The position numbers were made by a program, and so were the translations under genes. A stretch of DNA of 64,000 bases from Eledone cirrhosa (taxonomy: Eukaryota), in assembly GCA_964016885.1 (NCBI GenBank), contig OZ024743.1, positions 31,558,001 to 31,622,000 of the forward strand, read 5' to 3'. The notes beneath the pieces were generated by a model. That model saw only the letters and a program-made list of their open reading frames with translations. It was not told the DNA's origin and searched no databases. Every line of letters begins with the position of its first letter. Position 1 is the stretch's first letter. Below are positions 48,826 to 62,990 of this stretch, in pieces.

Positions 48826-50803
48826 ACCTGGAGTTGCATCCGATAGAGAGTATTAACAATTGGAAAGACTAATGGGAACAGAGTTTCCTCGGTCCGATTT
48901 GACGAAAGTCGATCGGCTGTCAATATTTCTTGGGTGGTTGGTTGGTCCGATATCAGATGTCACGCATGAGAACATATATATAGTGAATGGGGAGGTGATC
49001 AGAGAGGTAAATTGAAGAAATTAACAAATGGATTAAAAAAGTAGTATAGATACAGACTAAAGTGACAGTTAAGATGTTAGGGGTAAGAGGAGATGAAAAA
49101 ATTGCTAAAATATCACACATACACGCACACAAATATTGCATACACACATACTAAAGTAGTTGTGTTGGTGTAGTGGCGGTAATAGTGGTCGCTGTGCTGA
49201 CTGTGGTGTTCTTAGTTGAGGTCTGGTGCTAATGCTGTTGGTTGGGTATTAAAAGAATTTGAAACTTGTATCATATTCCTCCAGTGAGAAATGAATATGA
49301 GAATAGAAAAAAATAACAAACGTTTTCTAAGAAGCAGTGTTGTGTCTATTTGCAGGTGTATATATGTGGTGTGGGAAACAATTATATACGTATATATTAT
49401 GCCTGAACATAATGCAATCAAATTCCTATTGACACTGTCACCGTCTCCCTCGCTCTCCCTACCTCTCATTATTATAAGCAAAGAGGGGGGGGGGGCTCAT
49501 TCCCACGCCCGTAGCTGAAAGAATATTGAAGGCTTTTCCCCAGACGATGGTGAGGGAGACGCGTTGGAAGGGTAATCATTGTATTCAGCCGCAACAGTAG
49601 CGTATACATACATACAGCTTTTGAAAGAACGCTGTATAATTTTAGTTTTTTTTTTCTTTTTTCGTTGTTGTTTATGAATAAGCAAATATGAGTAAGCAAA
49701 TATGAAAAGAACATTCTTTTCTTTCCTTTTTCACAAACTGCTTTTGTGATTAATACTCTATTTTACATGTTTGAGCATGAACAACATAAGTAATCGTTTT
49801 AGACAAATACGGGCGTAATAAAATAATTTATTTACTTTTAATCATACATACATTTATACATGAATAATATATTTATATATACGGTTATCCAGAGTGGCAA
49901 ATGCAGTTAACTCTCACTTGATAACTACCCTTCTCGTGTACACTTGTGGGTAAAAATGTCGTATTGAACTGCATACATTATCCAGGTTAAATCACAGATA
50001 TTATTGTAGAATAGTATTTAATCAACAATGACTTTTAGAATATAATTAATGCAATTCGCTTCACAAATGTGTGTGTGGATAAACAAAAGATTATTCTTCC
50101 CGTTGAGATATCGTTCTAAAGCTAAGGCACGCTATTATATCTATGTTTCCCAACCTGTAATCTTTCTTTATCCGAGAATGAAATACGCTGTTCGATTGAA
50201 AATGAAGACTAATTTTACAATAATACTGGAAAAACAATAAAATTAGAGTTTGGATACTATTGTATAGTTGAAGACAATATTATCCTATATATGATTTAGA
50301 CAGATTTCATTGATTACCTTAAAAAAAAAACTAAAATATAATCATATTAACTTTTAACAAGGTGGAATTACAAAAGGATTAACTTAAAGTTAGGTATATA
50401 GTTGTCCATTGAAAGCTATGTAATACGCTTCCACTATTACAACACATATAACATTCAACGTCTAGATATTTGAAAGAGTTTAACATCAAAGAATTTCCTA
50501 CTTACAGCACTTCCATCCTTTCTTATCAGCAATAATAGTAGAATATTCTATAGTACTACAAATATGGCTATGATTTGAACATCAGACACTACTATGCATG
50601 ATCAATCTGAATTCAGAATTGAATACATGCTTTGATTTATTTTTTATAACAATGTTTGAATTTTCTTGCAAACGTGTAGCCTTATGTATGAAAATGCAAA
50701 TGTTGAATTATAATACAAGTCTTCTAGCAAAACGATAATCTATTCCCATTAACTCTTGGCATATATATCTTGGATACCGTGATATGCTTATGATCGCATA
50801 TAA

Positions 50804-50838
<35 letters not shown>

Positions 50839-51022
50839 TATGTGTGTCTGTCCGTATGTCTGTATTTCTGTGTGCGTGTCTGTGTATCGCCTTTAACATG
50901 TATTCTAATAAATGTTTTAAATATTTTTTCACTCTTTTTCCTTAATTGTATTTTCATTTCTATATTTTTCAATATTACGCATTTCATACAGCTTATCACA
51001 AACCTACAATTCATTTTGTATG

Positions 51023-51078
<56 letters not shown>

Positions 51079-51079
<1 letters not shown>

Positions 51080-51130
51080 TAGCCCAATTTCCCGCGTCTT
51101 GCTGCGTTTCACAATTTTTTTTAGTAACAA
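51079..51130 (-). mobile_element. Possible Helitron 3' terminus of a non-autonomous element (extent unknown)
   Basis: Minus strand cgcagcaagacgcgggaaattgggCTAG|T resembles the 18832 end. Confidence 0.4.
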
Positions 51131-51547
51131 AATGATGATTGATTTTAAATCAGTGATATAATATATGGTGAAAAACTCTGCGTTTCAATATTACTCATTG
51201 TAAAATGTAATGCATAAAAAATTGGAATCATTATTTTTTGTAATATATCAAATCAAAATTACATTATTAATTGTTTCAAAATTATATTATGTTGTTTCTT
51301 ATAAATAATCTTTTTCAAAATGTCAATTCAAAACCTTTGTAAATAGGAATCAAATCTTTTCATTTAAATCGAAGGGAAAACTTTTTAGTGGGAGTTTGTG
51401 CACCCGGGGAAACCTTTGATTAAAATGAAATATACTTATCCAAGTACCCTAGGCAATGTAGTTTCATAACATATATGGTTATGGCGGTTTATCTCCAAAA
51501 CCATACGACGAGCTCGTGAACAAGAAACAAAGAAACAGACAGGAACT

Positions 51548-51584
<37 letters not shown>

Positions 51585-51737
51585 ATAATAATAAATTTGA
51601 AGACTAAAATCCAAAGAGGGCTTGATAACGATAAATATATATCAAATATATAAGAACCGTAGAGCAAATATTTATTAAATCTGTTATAAATATATATATA
51701 TATTTATATATATGTATATATATATATATATGTATAT

Positions 51738-54640
51738 AGTGAAAGCGTGAAGAATAACATGGTCAACAGTACAAAAAGGTTTTATTTACAGTATTAACAA
51801 TTGTTTCATTGATTAGGAATTTCTAAAGGTCGCTAATCACTCGGCGTAGTGTCAATCGACCTTAAATACAGTGTATGCCTAATCAAATCATCGGAATAAC
51901 TGAATAATTTACACACGGTGTTTGTATATATAATACGGAGAACTCAAATAACAACATCAATAATAAAGAAAGAAAAAGAAAAAAATAATAAAGATGTTAT
52001 AATGAAGATGATAAAAAATAAGTAAAACAATATATACGTGAAAAAATATGAACATAATACGATTGTTTATAATAATTGTTTCTACTTTTGGCACAAGGCC
52101 AGCAATTATTCCAGTGTATTACTGGTACTTTATTTTATCGACCCCGTAAGGATGAAAGGCAAAGTTAACCTCGGCGGGATTTGAACTCAGTATTGTTGAT
52201 AATAATGGTGGTGGTAATGGTGGTGGTGGTGGTTAAAGTTATAGTGGTGAGTAAGTATAAAGATGTGATGAGGGTATAAATACTATTAATATGAACATAC
52301 ATTATAAATATATACATATGTATTGCTTAAATCACGGAGGTTTAGGATAGGAAGAAAGAATATGATAATAAATAACAGATAAAAGATAAAATTAATAAAT
52401 TAGAAATTAGGTGAAAGGGGAAGAGATACAGGTTAGGATACAAGGCAAAAGAGGTGAAATAGCTTTAGGGAGAGAGAGTGAAAGAAAGGTTATGAGATTT
52501 ATGATGTTGATTTAGTGATTAGTTGATCTGTTGACAGTTAATAATAGTGGGTTGGAATGTAGTTATTGTAATAGACTCCGGGTGGTTCAGCTTGAATTAT
52601 GGGATTGTTGGATCGAATCATGGTTTTAAATTTCCGAATTTAGTAGCTGCTTTGTGTCTACAGAAAATTGATTGTTCTATTTTGCTGTTGAGCAGCATTT
52701 TGTCATACTTTAAAATATTGCACAGCTCCATATTGCAAAGTCCACAGTGTGACATTCCATTTCTATAGTCCTTTGCTCCCGATAATTCCGACCAGCTAAT
52801 CCTGTATTCTTGGTTTGTGTCTTTAAGCTGCCAGATTTTATTGGCCAGCGTTGTTGTGGTCTCTAGACTACGGTGCTTCTTAGAATGTCTGTGAATATAC
52901 CATCTTTTATTTTATTCCCCAGCAGTAGAACCTATGTAGTGCCATGCTAAGTTGGCCGAATTGATAGTACAGAGGTACACTATATTTGATTCCAGGCATC
53001 TATTTTGTAGTGGCCACTTATCCTGTAAGTGGCAGTTACATTTGGAGGCATTCTTGTGTGCAGGTGCTCCGTCGTGGTTTTGTATGTTGTTATGTATGGG
53101 TTGAGATTTAGGTATGTTGAAGTTGTGTTGTGACGTGTTCTGACGTGTGTGTGGTTGTGATGTTGTTATGTGTTTGTGATTGATTTGTATTTGGTGTTAT
53201 GGTGTGTGTTTGTAGGTTATTTTCATTAGAGATTCTTTTATAGTTAATTTTATGTATGTATGATTCTATGTTGGTTGCAGTAGAGTAAGATAGTTTGATA
53301 GTATTTCTATTAAAGATTTTATGGTATTGTGTAGTTTAGGGAAGTGCTTGTCAATTAGTTTAAAGAATGTAGAAGGTAGTTTTGTTTATATAGAGGAGTT
53401 GAATATTGGATTGAACCATAAGTATCTCCTATCTCTAGATTTTCTATAGTTCCTAGAGGTCCCTATATTAGTATTCGGTTCAGTTATTTCTGGTGCTCAT
53501 TGTCTATTTCTATGTTTAGTGCTATATTTGCTATTTCTATAGGTGTGGGTAGTGTAGCTGTCGTTAGGTTTGTTGTTGTTGTCTCTATCTGCTATGTATT
53601 TGATCCTCTCCTTGTGGCCTGCCTTAAGTAAAGCTATGTTATAGTAGTTCGCATATTCATTAAAAATCTCTAGATTAGAAGATAAGCGTGATATTCTGAG
53701 GGATATACTATGTGCTATGTAGTTAATTATGGAGCGAGGGGGGTTTGAGTTATAACTAATGTAGGCTAGATTTTCGTTATTTTTATGGAAGGGCTCTATT
53801 AGTCCTATGTTTAGGTTGAGTGTTACATCTAAGAAGTTAGATTTTTCAGAGTTAAGTTCGAAAGTGAGGCCGAGGCCTAGTTTATTGAAGAAGATTCTGA
53901 TGTTATTTCGTAATCTTTCCTAGTTTTGGTTATTTAAGGTTTTAGCTAAAAGGAGTGTATAGTCTCTATACATTCCTCCTCGGATGTTACAAAATTACTT
54001 ATGTAAGTTATGTGCTACATATATAAGTAACAGACATACTTAAATAAGGCACTAGCCTTTGCACAGAAAAAGGCGGACCTATACTCTGATGAAATTAGAA
54101 TAATACTAGCCGCTAGGAGAACTATCATTAGGTTCGATAATAGTTACTGGGAAAGAAAAAAACAGACAGAATAGCTTCAATATCACCATGGGATCAAGCT
54201 ATTATGTCCGTCTTTTTCTTTCCCAGTAACTATTATCGAACCTAATGATAGTTCTCCTAGCAGCTAGTATTATTCTAATTTCATCAGAGGATAGGTCCAC
54301 GTTTTTCTGTGCAAAGGCTAGTGCCTTATTTAGGGTGACCGGGGAAATGGAGGAGTAGTAGTCATTGATGTCAAACTGTATGAAGTTGGAGGTTTCCTTA
54401 TTGTCTATTTTGCTAAGTCAATCTATTGCTTCGTTAATGTTACCCCATAGCTTAATTATTAGTTTGTCTTTGATTTGTGTTATTATTCTATCTAGTATAT
54501 ACTTGCTAATTCTATCTATATCCGATTTCATGGGCGATAGTACTACATTAGAGATTTTCGTGGAAAAGATACCAGCTCATAGGATATACAGCACTGAGCT
54601 TGTTCCCGAGAAAAGCGAGTTGCAGAACTGTTGTGCTAGC
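51738..54640 (-). mobile_element. PLE family F, decayed RT + GIY-YIG (about 52615-54640), 3'UTR with HHR at 51792-51898
   Basis: FDINDYYSSI, GMYRDY, NFLDVTL, LWFNP, CNC..CPL..C, HYIGST, CGLC and CRH motifs. HHR: tatt-CCGATGA-t-ttgattagg...cctaatcaa-t-GAAAC-aatt-GTT-aata. Confidence 0.88.
52072..52190 (-). mobile_element. 5'-truncated SINE family 1 inside the PLE-F 3'UTR
   Basis: Homology to the other copies. Confidence 0.82.
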
Positions 54641-54839
54641 CTAGTTATTTATAGCATCCTTTATAGTACAAACGTTTTAAGTAATATGATTGAAATTATT
54701 CAAGATTAAAACAATTCAATTAATTGGCACTGAGTGGGTTCCGTAATTTATTGGTTTGACAAGTCAAGATGGTTAAAAATTATACTAAATCTGAGAAAAA
54801 TATATACAGGTTATGTCATCATGTAAAACTTCACTCTAG

Positions 54840-54975
54840 GTTTGTGGAGTGTCCGTATCAGTAGACTGTCTGACAATATGATTTGTGGCATATAGTTATG
54901 GGTCATTACGTTCTGAGTTCAAATCGCACCAAGGTTAACTGTGTCTCTCATCCATACAGGGTCGATAAAATAAAT
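54840..54975 (+). mobile_element. Degenerate SINE family 1 (another remnant at about 55955-56100)
   Basis: gagttcaaatc...gggtcgataaaataaa. Confidence 0.6.
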
Positions 54976-55037
54976 TGGCCATGATGCTAAATCAAGCCAT
55001 TTTAGATTCCACTCCCAAAGCTTCTCTTTTTCCATCA

Positions 55038-55101
<64 letters not shown>

Positions 55102-55532
55102 CGTACACACTGAGAGTGAGAACATCTCGAGCCGACTCACTGAAAACTACCAAGATTGGAGATACAATATATTGTAAAATGATCTACCAACTATAAACAA
55201 AACGTTTCCGTACTTGGATGTTTGGAACAGATTTAATTCAGAAAATTCTAGCTGCATTAGATATTCCCTTGTTTTCCAATTTTTTTCTTTGTTTGTTTAT
55301 GCTGATTTTGCTTACCGCTGGCTTCCCATATTTTATGATTTTATTTTTATTTTTACTTTCATATTTATATTCACTGATCTTCTTTTTTTTGTTTTCTTCT
55401 TGGCTGTGAGAAATACCAAAATCTTCCCCTAGTCTGTCATGGCTTACTAATTTTATATGCACATTTCAATTGGAATATATACGTATATAACAAACCTGAT
55501 GATTTCATACGAAGCGGTATATAAAAATATAC

Positions 55533-55566
<34 letters not shown>

Positions 55567-55578
55567 CTCTCTATCTCT

Positions 55579-55612
<34 letters not shown>

Positions 55613-57815
55613 TACCATCAGTATAATTAAAATGGTGTAAACAAACAGTATTACAGAAACAGAAACAAGTGTAACATAATAGAATGTCCTTTACAATAAT
55701 CTTACCTGAAGATATGTCCTGAACAAAAATATATCCAGTGCGTCTTATTAAAATAAATATGTTTTTAAACCTAAACGCAGGGACTAAAATGAAACGGTAA
55801 TGGCAAATGGAAACACAAATCCTCAAAAGGTCAAACATTGAACAATATCCGATGTATTGAAATGTTTTTTTTTGTTTTTTTTTATAATGCGCAGTGAATA
55901 AAAGGAGATTTGATAAAAATTCCATAGTTTTCGGTTTGCTCTATATAAAAGGAGCTGGAGAGTCTTTAGAACGTCAGATATAATGCTTTGTAGTATTTGT
56001 TTTGACTCTCAGATCTCTGAGTTCAAATTCCTCTGAGGAAAGCTTTGCTTTTAATCCTTCTCACTCAATGAACACAGTTCCAGTCTATTACTGGTGTCGA
56101 TTCTTCGTCTATATCTCTTCTCAGTTCTATCCCCTCACTCTCTATTATTCTATGGATAAAATCGACTATGAGAGAAGATCTGCTCCGCCTAGGAAAATGT
56201 CTTAGAAACGCCGCATTTCGATGCGGTACCTCAACCATACAGAAGAAAATATTTAGAGAAAATAGGTGAGTGATCGGTTAATGCAGACATAAATCACGCG
56301 CGTAACCAAATAAGCATGTTAACTTGATCTCTATCTCCCCCTCCCCTCTCACCCTTTCTTACTCTGTCACTCACTCTCACTTGTTCTCTCTCTTCTGGTT
56401 AAAAATATATATAATGATGAAAGGTCGAGGGATCGCTTCTGTGTGTGTATAACATACATGGAGTTATATATATCTAAATGTGTATATTCTTCTAAGGTAA
56501 CATAATACTTCTACAGAATCCCATGTAAATTCCATAAATCATGGGTAATAAAGCCAATTCGCGTCAATTCAGCTGTTTATTCAAGTTTCCATATGGCTTC
56601 TAAATATATTTCTCTCCGATTCTTGCTACAGAAATATCTCCATAAAACCAACGTTTTATAACATAGAAGAATGCTACCGGGCATTTTGTAAACAACCTAT
56701 CGTTTCTCATTACTTCATATCCACTATTATGACAATTGTATTATACATTGTATTCATTCATGGGTTTTAATTCCTACAAGCATTGAATCATAAAATAGTG
56801 TTTATATCAATATATCAATTCATAACATGTTTGAGATAAGTGAAATGATTTGAGAAACACATTGTAATCCTTCTGCTGTACAATATATAATACAAAGCAT
56901 ATTTTGGAAAAATGCTGATGTAAGAACAAAACTTTTTCAAATAGTCGACGACGAAGAGAAATATTTCGGAATTAAATTGACGAAGAATTTTATCACACTA
57001 ATTAGGTAATTATGAGACATACTACATTCGATTAATAATCTGTAAAAGACAATATCAATTAGCATTCCAGTTTTTTCTACTAGAAGGTATAATATTCAAC
57101 TCCAACCATGTTGCGATTTCATTTTGTTTTGTTGGATCAGAAATCCCGGCACTTTATAGCAACAATGCATTTGAAACGACGAGAATATTAAAATGTCCAA
57201 ATGTTTTCGATGACTTAGTAGTGAAACGAAAGATATATTTCAGATTAAATAAGTATCTGATGAACCTGTAATTTTGGGTTATATTGTTTTTCCACATTAA
57301 ACAAGGAGGGAATGTTAACATATCCAATGATTCTTTCTTGGTATATTAGAAGCATCTTGCGCAAGTAATATTTTAAATTAGTTTCTCTATAAAGTACCCG
57401 TTTTTACTAATCAAATATGTGCATGCGACCGTAGTGTTATTTTCAATTTCATTGTAGCTTAAAGCATTTAAAAGGATGTTGATTCTATTCCTTTAACGTA
57501 ATGTTATTTTTAAATTACCTACATCGGAGTGAAAATGTTATATTTCCCCAAACAAAATGGCGAAAAAATAAATATATACTAATAAGTAACAATAACTACT
57601 TCGGCATAATTATAGTTCTCATTGAAGTAAAATATCCAGTGCCGATTCTTCTGCGTCTATTTAAGGGGACGGTGTGTTTAATTAAAATTTATTTTGGAAA
57701 ACGTTTATGATACACGAATTGTCTGTTTTCTTCTAGCTATTAATATATTGTCTTTTAAAATATTTTACTCACTTTCAATATAGTCACATGTGCTTGCATA
57801 TATATATGTATATAC

Positions 57816-57897
<82 letters not shown>

Positions 57898-58805
57898 GTG
57901 CGTATGTGTGTGGGTTGCATCTGCGTGTGTGTGTCTGGGAGTACACCACTTTTCTACAACCGTAAATGGCCAGAATCTGCAGAGCACATGCCTAGATTGC
58001 ATTCACCCCTTTAAATCATCCTGCGTACAATATTCACATTTCTGAGGTCGCTACAACAATTAATTCCCAATAATTAATGACACAGTCATCTTGCATCAAT
58101 TCAAGTAATATATTTTACAATTACATTCATGCAGTGTTAGAAAAATCGAAACAAAAATCAAATTATTTGTGCATGTGTGTCCATTTCTTATTTCATCTTT
58201 TGACCATGAAAATAAATTTGATGACTATAGTGGCATTGTTTAAATACTACTTATAAACAATATACATCATTAGCGGTACGTTGACTTAGTTTACATCTCT
58301 GGTTTTATAACTGAAAGCATAATTCAATGCATTGTTTCCTTCACACTGACATAACACAATTTTCAATGTTTTTAATACCATGTAGACCCAATGTAGCTGT
58401 GTAAAGTGATATATATGTTATCTAGTTAACTGAGTTAAAGTTCTATATTCAAAGCCATTATTCTCTTCATAGTAATCAACCGCTTTCATTCCCCAACTTT
58501 CACGCGAATTATGGACATCTGAAACCAATCCTTGACAGAGAAGTTAGCGTGGAATATTCTTCTTCTGTGTCATAGTTGACGACCTTAAAATGACATTCGT
58601 TTCAGAACTGACACAACTTCTCCACAGATTCCTTTATAGCTCTTACCATTTGATGATGGTCGTATGAAGTAAGATTAATGATATATGGGCTTTCTCTTAG
58701 CAAGTCTTAAACGCAAACTGAAAACCAAGTATGCCAGCATCCAATTACCATAGGAATACATTGCTTCGGCCATGTTATATTATCATATTATATGACGATG
58801 TATCG

Positions 58806-58995
58806 GGTGGTGGATTGGAAGTATCGGTAGAGGGTCTGACACCATGCTTTGCAGCAAAGAGTTACGGCCCTTTATGATCTGAGTTCAAATCCCGCCGAGG
58901 TTAACTTTGCCTTTCATCCTTACCGGTCGATAAAATAAATTACCAGTAATACACTGGGATAATTGCTGGCCGTGTGCCAAAACGTAGAAACAATT
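58806..58995 (+). mobile_element. SINE family 1
   Basis: Homology to the other copies. Confidence 0.85.
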
Positions 58996-59409
58996 GATGA
59001 TGATGGGTCGCGTATGTGTTTAGAAATATAAATGTTCGTATTGCCCGATTAACGAAAGTACCCTCTCATTAAATTGCATGTGCCAGATTACACTACTTAC
59101 ATATGCATCATTGACAGAATACTAGACCAATATGATAATTATATTTATGTTCAATCTGTTTAGACATGCTGACTATTTGAAATATTCCCATTTTGTTTCC
59201 GCCTACTCATAAAATATCAATCGATTGTAAGTTATAGTAGCAAAAGGAAGTCATGAAGTGACATGATCCTATAAGTCGTGATTGTCAGTTTTAACACGTG
59301 ACCCATGACGCCATGCTTGCACCAACCGGCACGCGTACCTTTACACGCATACACCGGCGTACTCTTCTAGGTAATAGATATATGTAAATTAAAAAGTAAA
59401 TTGACAATA

Positions 59410-60050
59410 TCTTCTTCACCCACTTATTTCTGAAAGGGTCGTGGGGCCAGAGTCCTTCTCAAACACTTCTTCCACCGAGTCTGTCAGTAGCAAACATCTC
59501 TATATGGATCTCAAAGCGGAGCCACCTCGATCTCAAAGGGTGACCAGCCAATCTAATGGATGTTATCCAACTATCTTTCTCGGGGTCTTCCTCTGGGTCT
59601 CTTGCTGGTTGGTTTTGCCTGTAAAATGTGTCCAGCGATTCTTTACTGAGACATTCTAATCACATGCTCATAATATCGGAGTTGTGATCTTTCAATTCGG
59701 AGAAGTACCGGCTCTTCCAGGAGTGACGCTCTGGTCTCTGAGTTAGGCACTTTATCGAGTAACGTTACTCCAAAGACCCTTCGGAGGAATCCCATTTCTG
59801 CCACTTTTATTTGCAATTGTATTATTTTGGTCATTACTCAAGATTCATGATCCTCGGTAAGAGTTGGCAGGAATACCAAGAAGACAGCGAGTTTAGCTTT
59901 TACACCTACCCCCTTCGTCTGATTGCTGAGGCTGGTGCTATACTGCATCAGCTTTTGCAATTCTTGCACTTAATTCACCCTCCTGCATACCATCACTCAC
60001 GGCTACAAAATAGTTGAACTTCTCTAACTGCTTCAGTAGAACTCCATTCA
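59410..60050 (-). mobile_element. RTE-clade LINE 3' fragment
   Basis: VAEMGFLRRVFGVTLLDKV..EPVLLRIERSQLRYYEHVIRM. Confidence 0.78.
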
Positions 60051-61560
60051 CATGTGTATAAATTTGAGGGACTTCTGTCCACCCATCCATCACGCAATGT
60101 GTATGTGTGTTTGTGTGAATGTATGTTTGTGTAAAAGGAATGAAAGGAATACACACATATATGTCTCCAACTTAAAAAGAGTACACAATCACACGTGTCT
60201 CTAATTTAAGAACGTCGAAAACTCACGCACGCGCTCATGCACACACTGTCCAATTACCATTCATGAGCTTTGGCCCGGGATAACATCCCCTCAATGATGG
60301 AACCGTCTGGGTTGTCCTGAATTGATGGGAAAAAACTTGACGGTCCTACTCTGTGGTCCTGGTCAGGAGGCAGGTGCCTTACCTAGGACGTCTCAGTTGG
60401 TGACTCTTTTGCGTCTTCCTACATCCTGGATGCAGCGCTAAGGGCGACAGTTACAACAACCGTAGCTGAACGGAACAAAATCCTAAAATACCGTGTTCTG
60501 TCAGTTAACTACATTATCCAGTCTGTGGCGTTCTAGACGTTTGGGGGAGTCGGGTTACTGACAGCGATGTTCTTATCTTCACTAGCGTCTCGCCAATCAG
60601 AGGTAACTGGTGATGCACGTGAGGGCACTTGATTGTTTCAGCACCTCAGCCTTGTCATCACCCCAGGTAACGCTGCGAGCGTGTTGGCCTGCCTCAAAAA
60701 TTATTAGTGAGGTTTCCCAGTGCTCCTCACTATATTGCTATCTTTTGTTCTGGTAGTGGCTCGTTTTTCCACCCCTTTCATCTGCATTTTGTTCTATGGG
60801 ATCTAAGATGTGTGTATTACCTGCTTGTGGATTGTTTCTCTTTCTTTTTTCATTTCCCTTTCCTTTGTATATATTATATTTGTTAGTGTTTTCGTTCTGT
60901 AACCACTATATTAAATGAGGTTTAAAAAAATAGAGTTAATAAAAAAATAAAACGTTATACTTGTTTTACCCTCCCATTTCCAATTAAAGCGAACGCTATC
61001 ATGACTCTATGTGTGTGATTGTGTAAATGTATATGTGTGATTGTATGTATGTTTGTGTAAATGTGTATGTGTGAATGTATGTATGTTTATATAAAAGTAT
61101 GTGTGAATGTATGTATATTTGTATATGTTTGTGTGAAAGTATGTATATTTCTCAGAAAGTATGTGTATTTGTGTGAATTATATCTGTGATCGTCTATTTT
61201 TATAAGTTTGTGTTTGCGCGATTATAGTTATATACTCATACATATAGATGTATGTATGTGCACAATGATACGCGTCAGTGTGTAGAAAGTCATAATCTCT
61301 CTATCTCTCTCATCACATACTCTCTCTTTCTATATATATGGTAGTTGAAGTAGTGGTGGTGGCGACAATATACCGGAAGTGCAACTTTGAAAAGAAGTCA
61401 ATTTGAAATTATTTATTTTTGTTTTTGAATTTGAGTAGATAACATTATGCAATATTCATTCATTATTTATTCAAAGTAATGCAACATATTTTACTAACGG
61501 GATAAAAAAAAATAAACAGTACCCAATCCCGCACACTTTCTTTTATTATAGTTTAGATTG

Positions 61561-61750
61561 AGGTCGGTGGATTGGCAGTATCGGTAGAGGGTCGGACGCC
61601 ATGCTTTCCATCCTAGTTACGTCCCTTTATGGTCTGAGTTCAAATCCCGTCGAGGTTAACTTTGCCTTACATCCTTACGGGGTAGATAAAATAAAGTACC
61701 AGTAATGCACTGGATAATTACTGGCCGTGTGTCAAAAGTAGAAACAATTA
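61561..61750 (+). mobile_element. SINE family 1
   Basis: Homology to the other copies. Confidence 0.87.
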
Positions 61751-62071
61751 TATATAATAGTAACTTAAGCATGTAGCGGTATTTTGCCATTGAAGCGAAA
61801 TATACAAAAGATGAACATTTTGCGAGAACAATTGAATTATTTCAATATTAGGCTCGGTGAGTAGCTGGAGTTTAAAATGTAAGGAACCTGTATTTCTCAA
61901 ATTTAGATAAGTATCGCAAAGTCCATACTCCAAATACTAATTCGATCACGTTGCATATTAAGCCTTCATTGGTATTCAAGTAAACGTTAGTCAAGTAAGA
62001 AATACTATTTTTGGCTTATTTTTTTTACACGAATGAATGCAATCCCGTAAATGTTATAAATAACCATCATC

Positions 62072-62073
<2 letters not shown>

Positions 62074-62139
<66 letters not shown>

Positions 62140-62801
62140 AGTTGCATTTATCTTGCTTTATGTTCATACGAGTTATCACCAAGTCACAACCAGTGACCTC
62201 AAGAGACAACAAGGTCCGCCATGTTCAAGAAAGAACATACATATTCACACATGCATCTTTAGTGTTTAGACTTGTGATGTACTTATATTGACAGAATCTT
62301 CCTTAGTATATGGGCAGTTCCCATTAGTACTATCTTTTGTATTTCTCCTATACGCGGGTTTCCTGGGATTTGCGATATGTAATCATTAGACCCCTTAGGT
62401 ATCATTCCCAGAGCGCCTACAACCACTGGTATTGTTTTAGTTCTCAATTTCCACATTTTTCCAATTTCTATCTCCAGGTCCTTATACTTGCTCAACTTTT
62501 CAAATGTTTTTATAGATACATTCTTGTCTATTGGAACAGACATATCAATTAGCAGGCATACCCTCTTTTGAAAGTCCTTCAATATTATATCAGGTCTGTT
62601 TGCATCTATTTTTCGGTCTGTTTGGATGCTAAAGTTCCACAAGATTGAGATGTGATCTTTTTCAAGTATGGGAGGTGGTTGATGCTCCCACCAATTATTT
62701 TGATGGGGCAGGTCAAAATGCTTACACATTATCCAATGTATGTATTGTGCAGCTCTGTCATGCCTGTTTAGGTATTCGGTTGGAGCTATAGGACTGCACA
62801 A
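62074..62801 (-). mobile_element. R4/Dong-like non-LTR retrotransposon 3' fragment (restriction-like endonuclease) ending in (TAA)n
   Basis: RHD, ILWNF, RPDIIL..LID..P, K..KY.DL and PVVVGALG motifs; (TAT)n at 62074-62138. Confidence 0.88.
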
Positions 62802-62804
62802 TGT

Positions 62805-62990
62805 TTTTAAATTGATAATGCCTTTCCTAGGACATGGGCAGTGCCAGTCAACAGCAAGAGATAGAGAAAACTATATCTCTTGCAGAGATGGCTTTCCAGG
62901 TTTATGGTCCAAATAGTTTTCAGCGCCCTTTTTTTTATCATTCCAAATATGTTGACTATCACAGGCCTTAAGATGCTACGTATTCTCAAT
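62805..62990 (-). mobile_element. Older, degenerate copy of the same RLE C-terminus
   Basis: LLTGTAHVLGKALSI* parallels LMGTAHILRKILSI*. Confidence 0.6.

Noticed and set aside
54100-54120. CTGATGA-AA match
   Set aside because: It lies in RT coding sequence (SDEI); no supporting stems.
61373-61381. CCGGAAGT ETS-like promoter motif (similar at about 10512 and 12568)
   Set aside because: Short motifs with no associated gene evidence.
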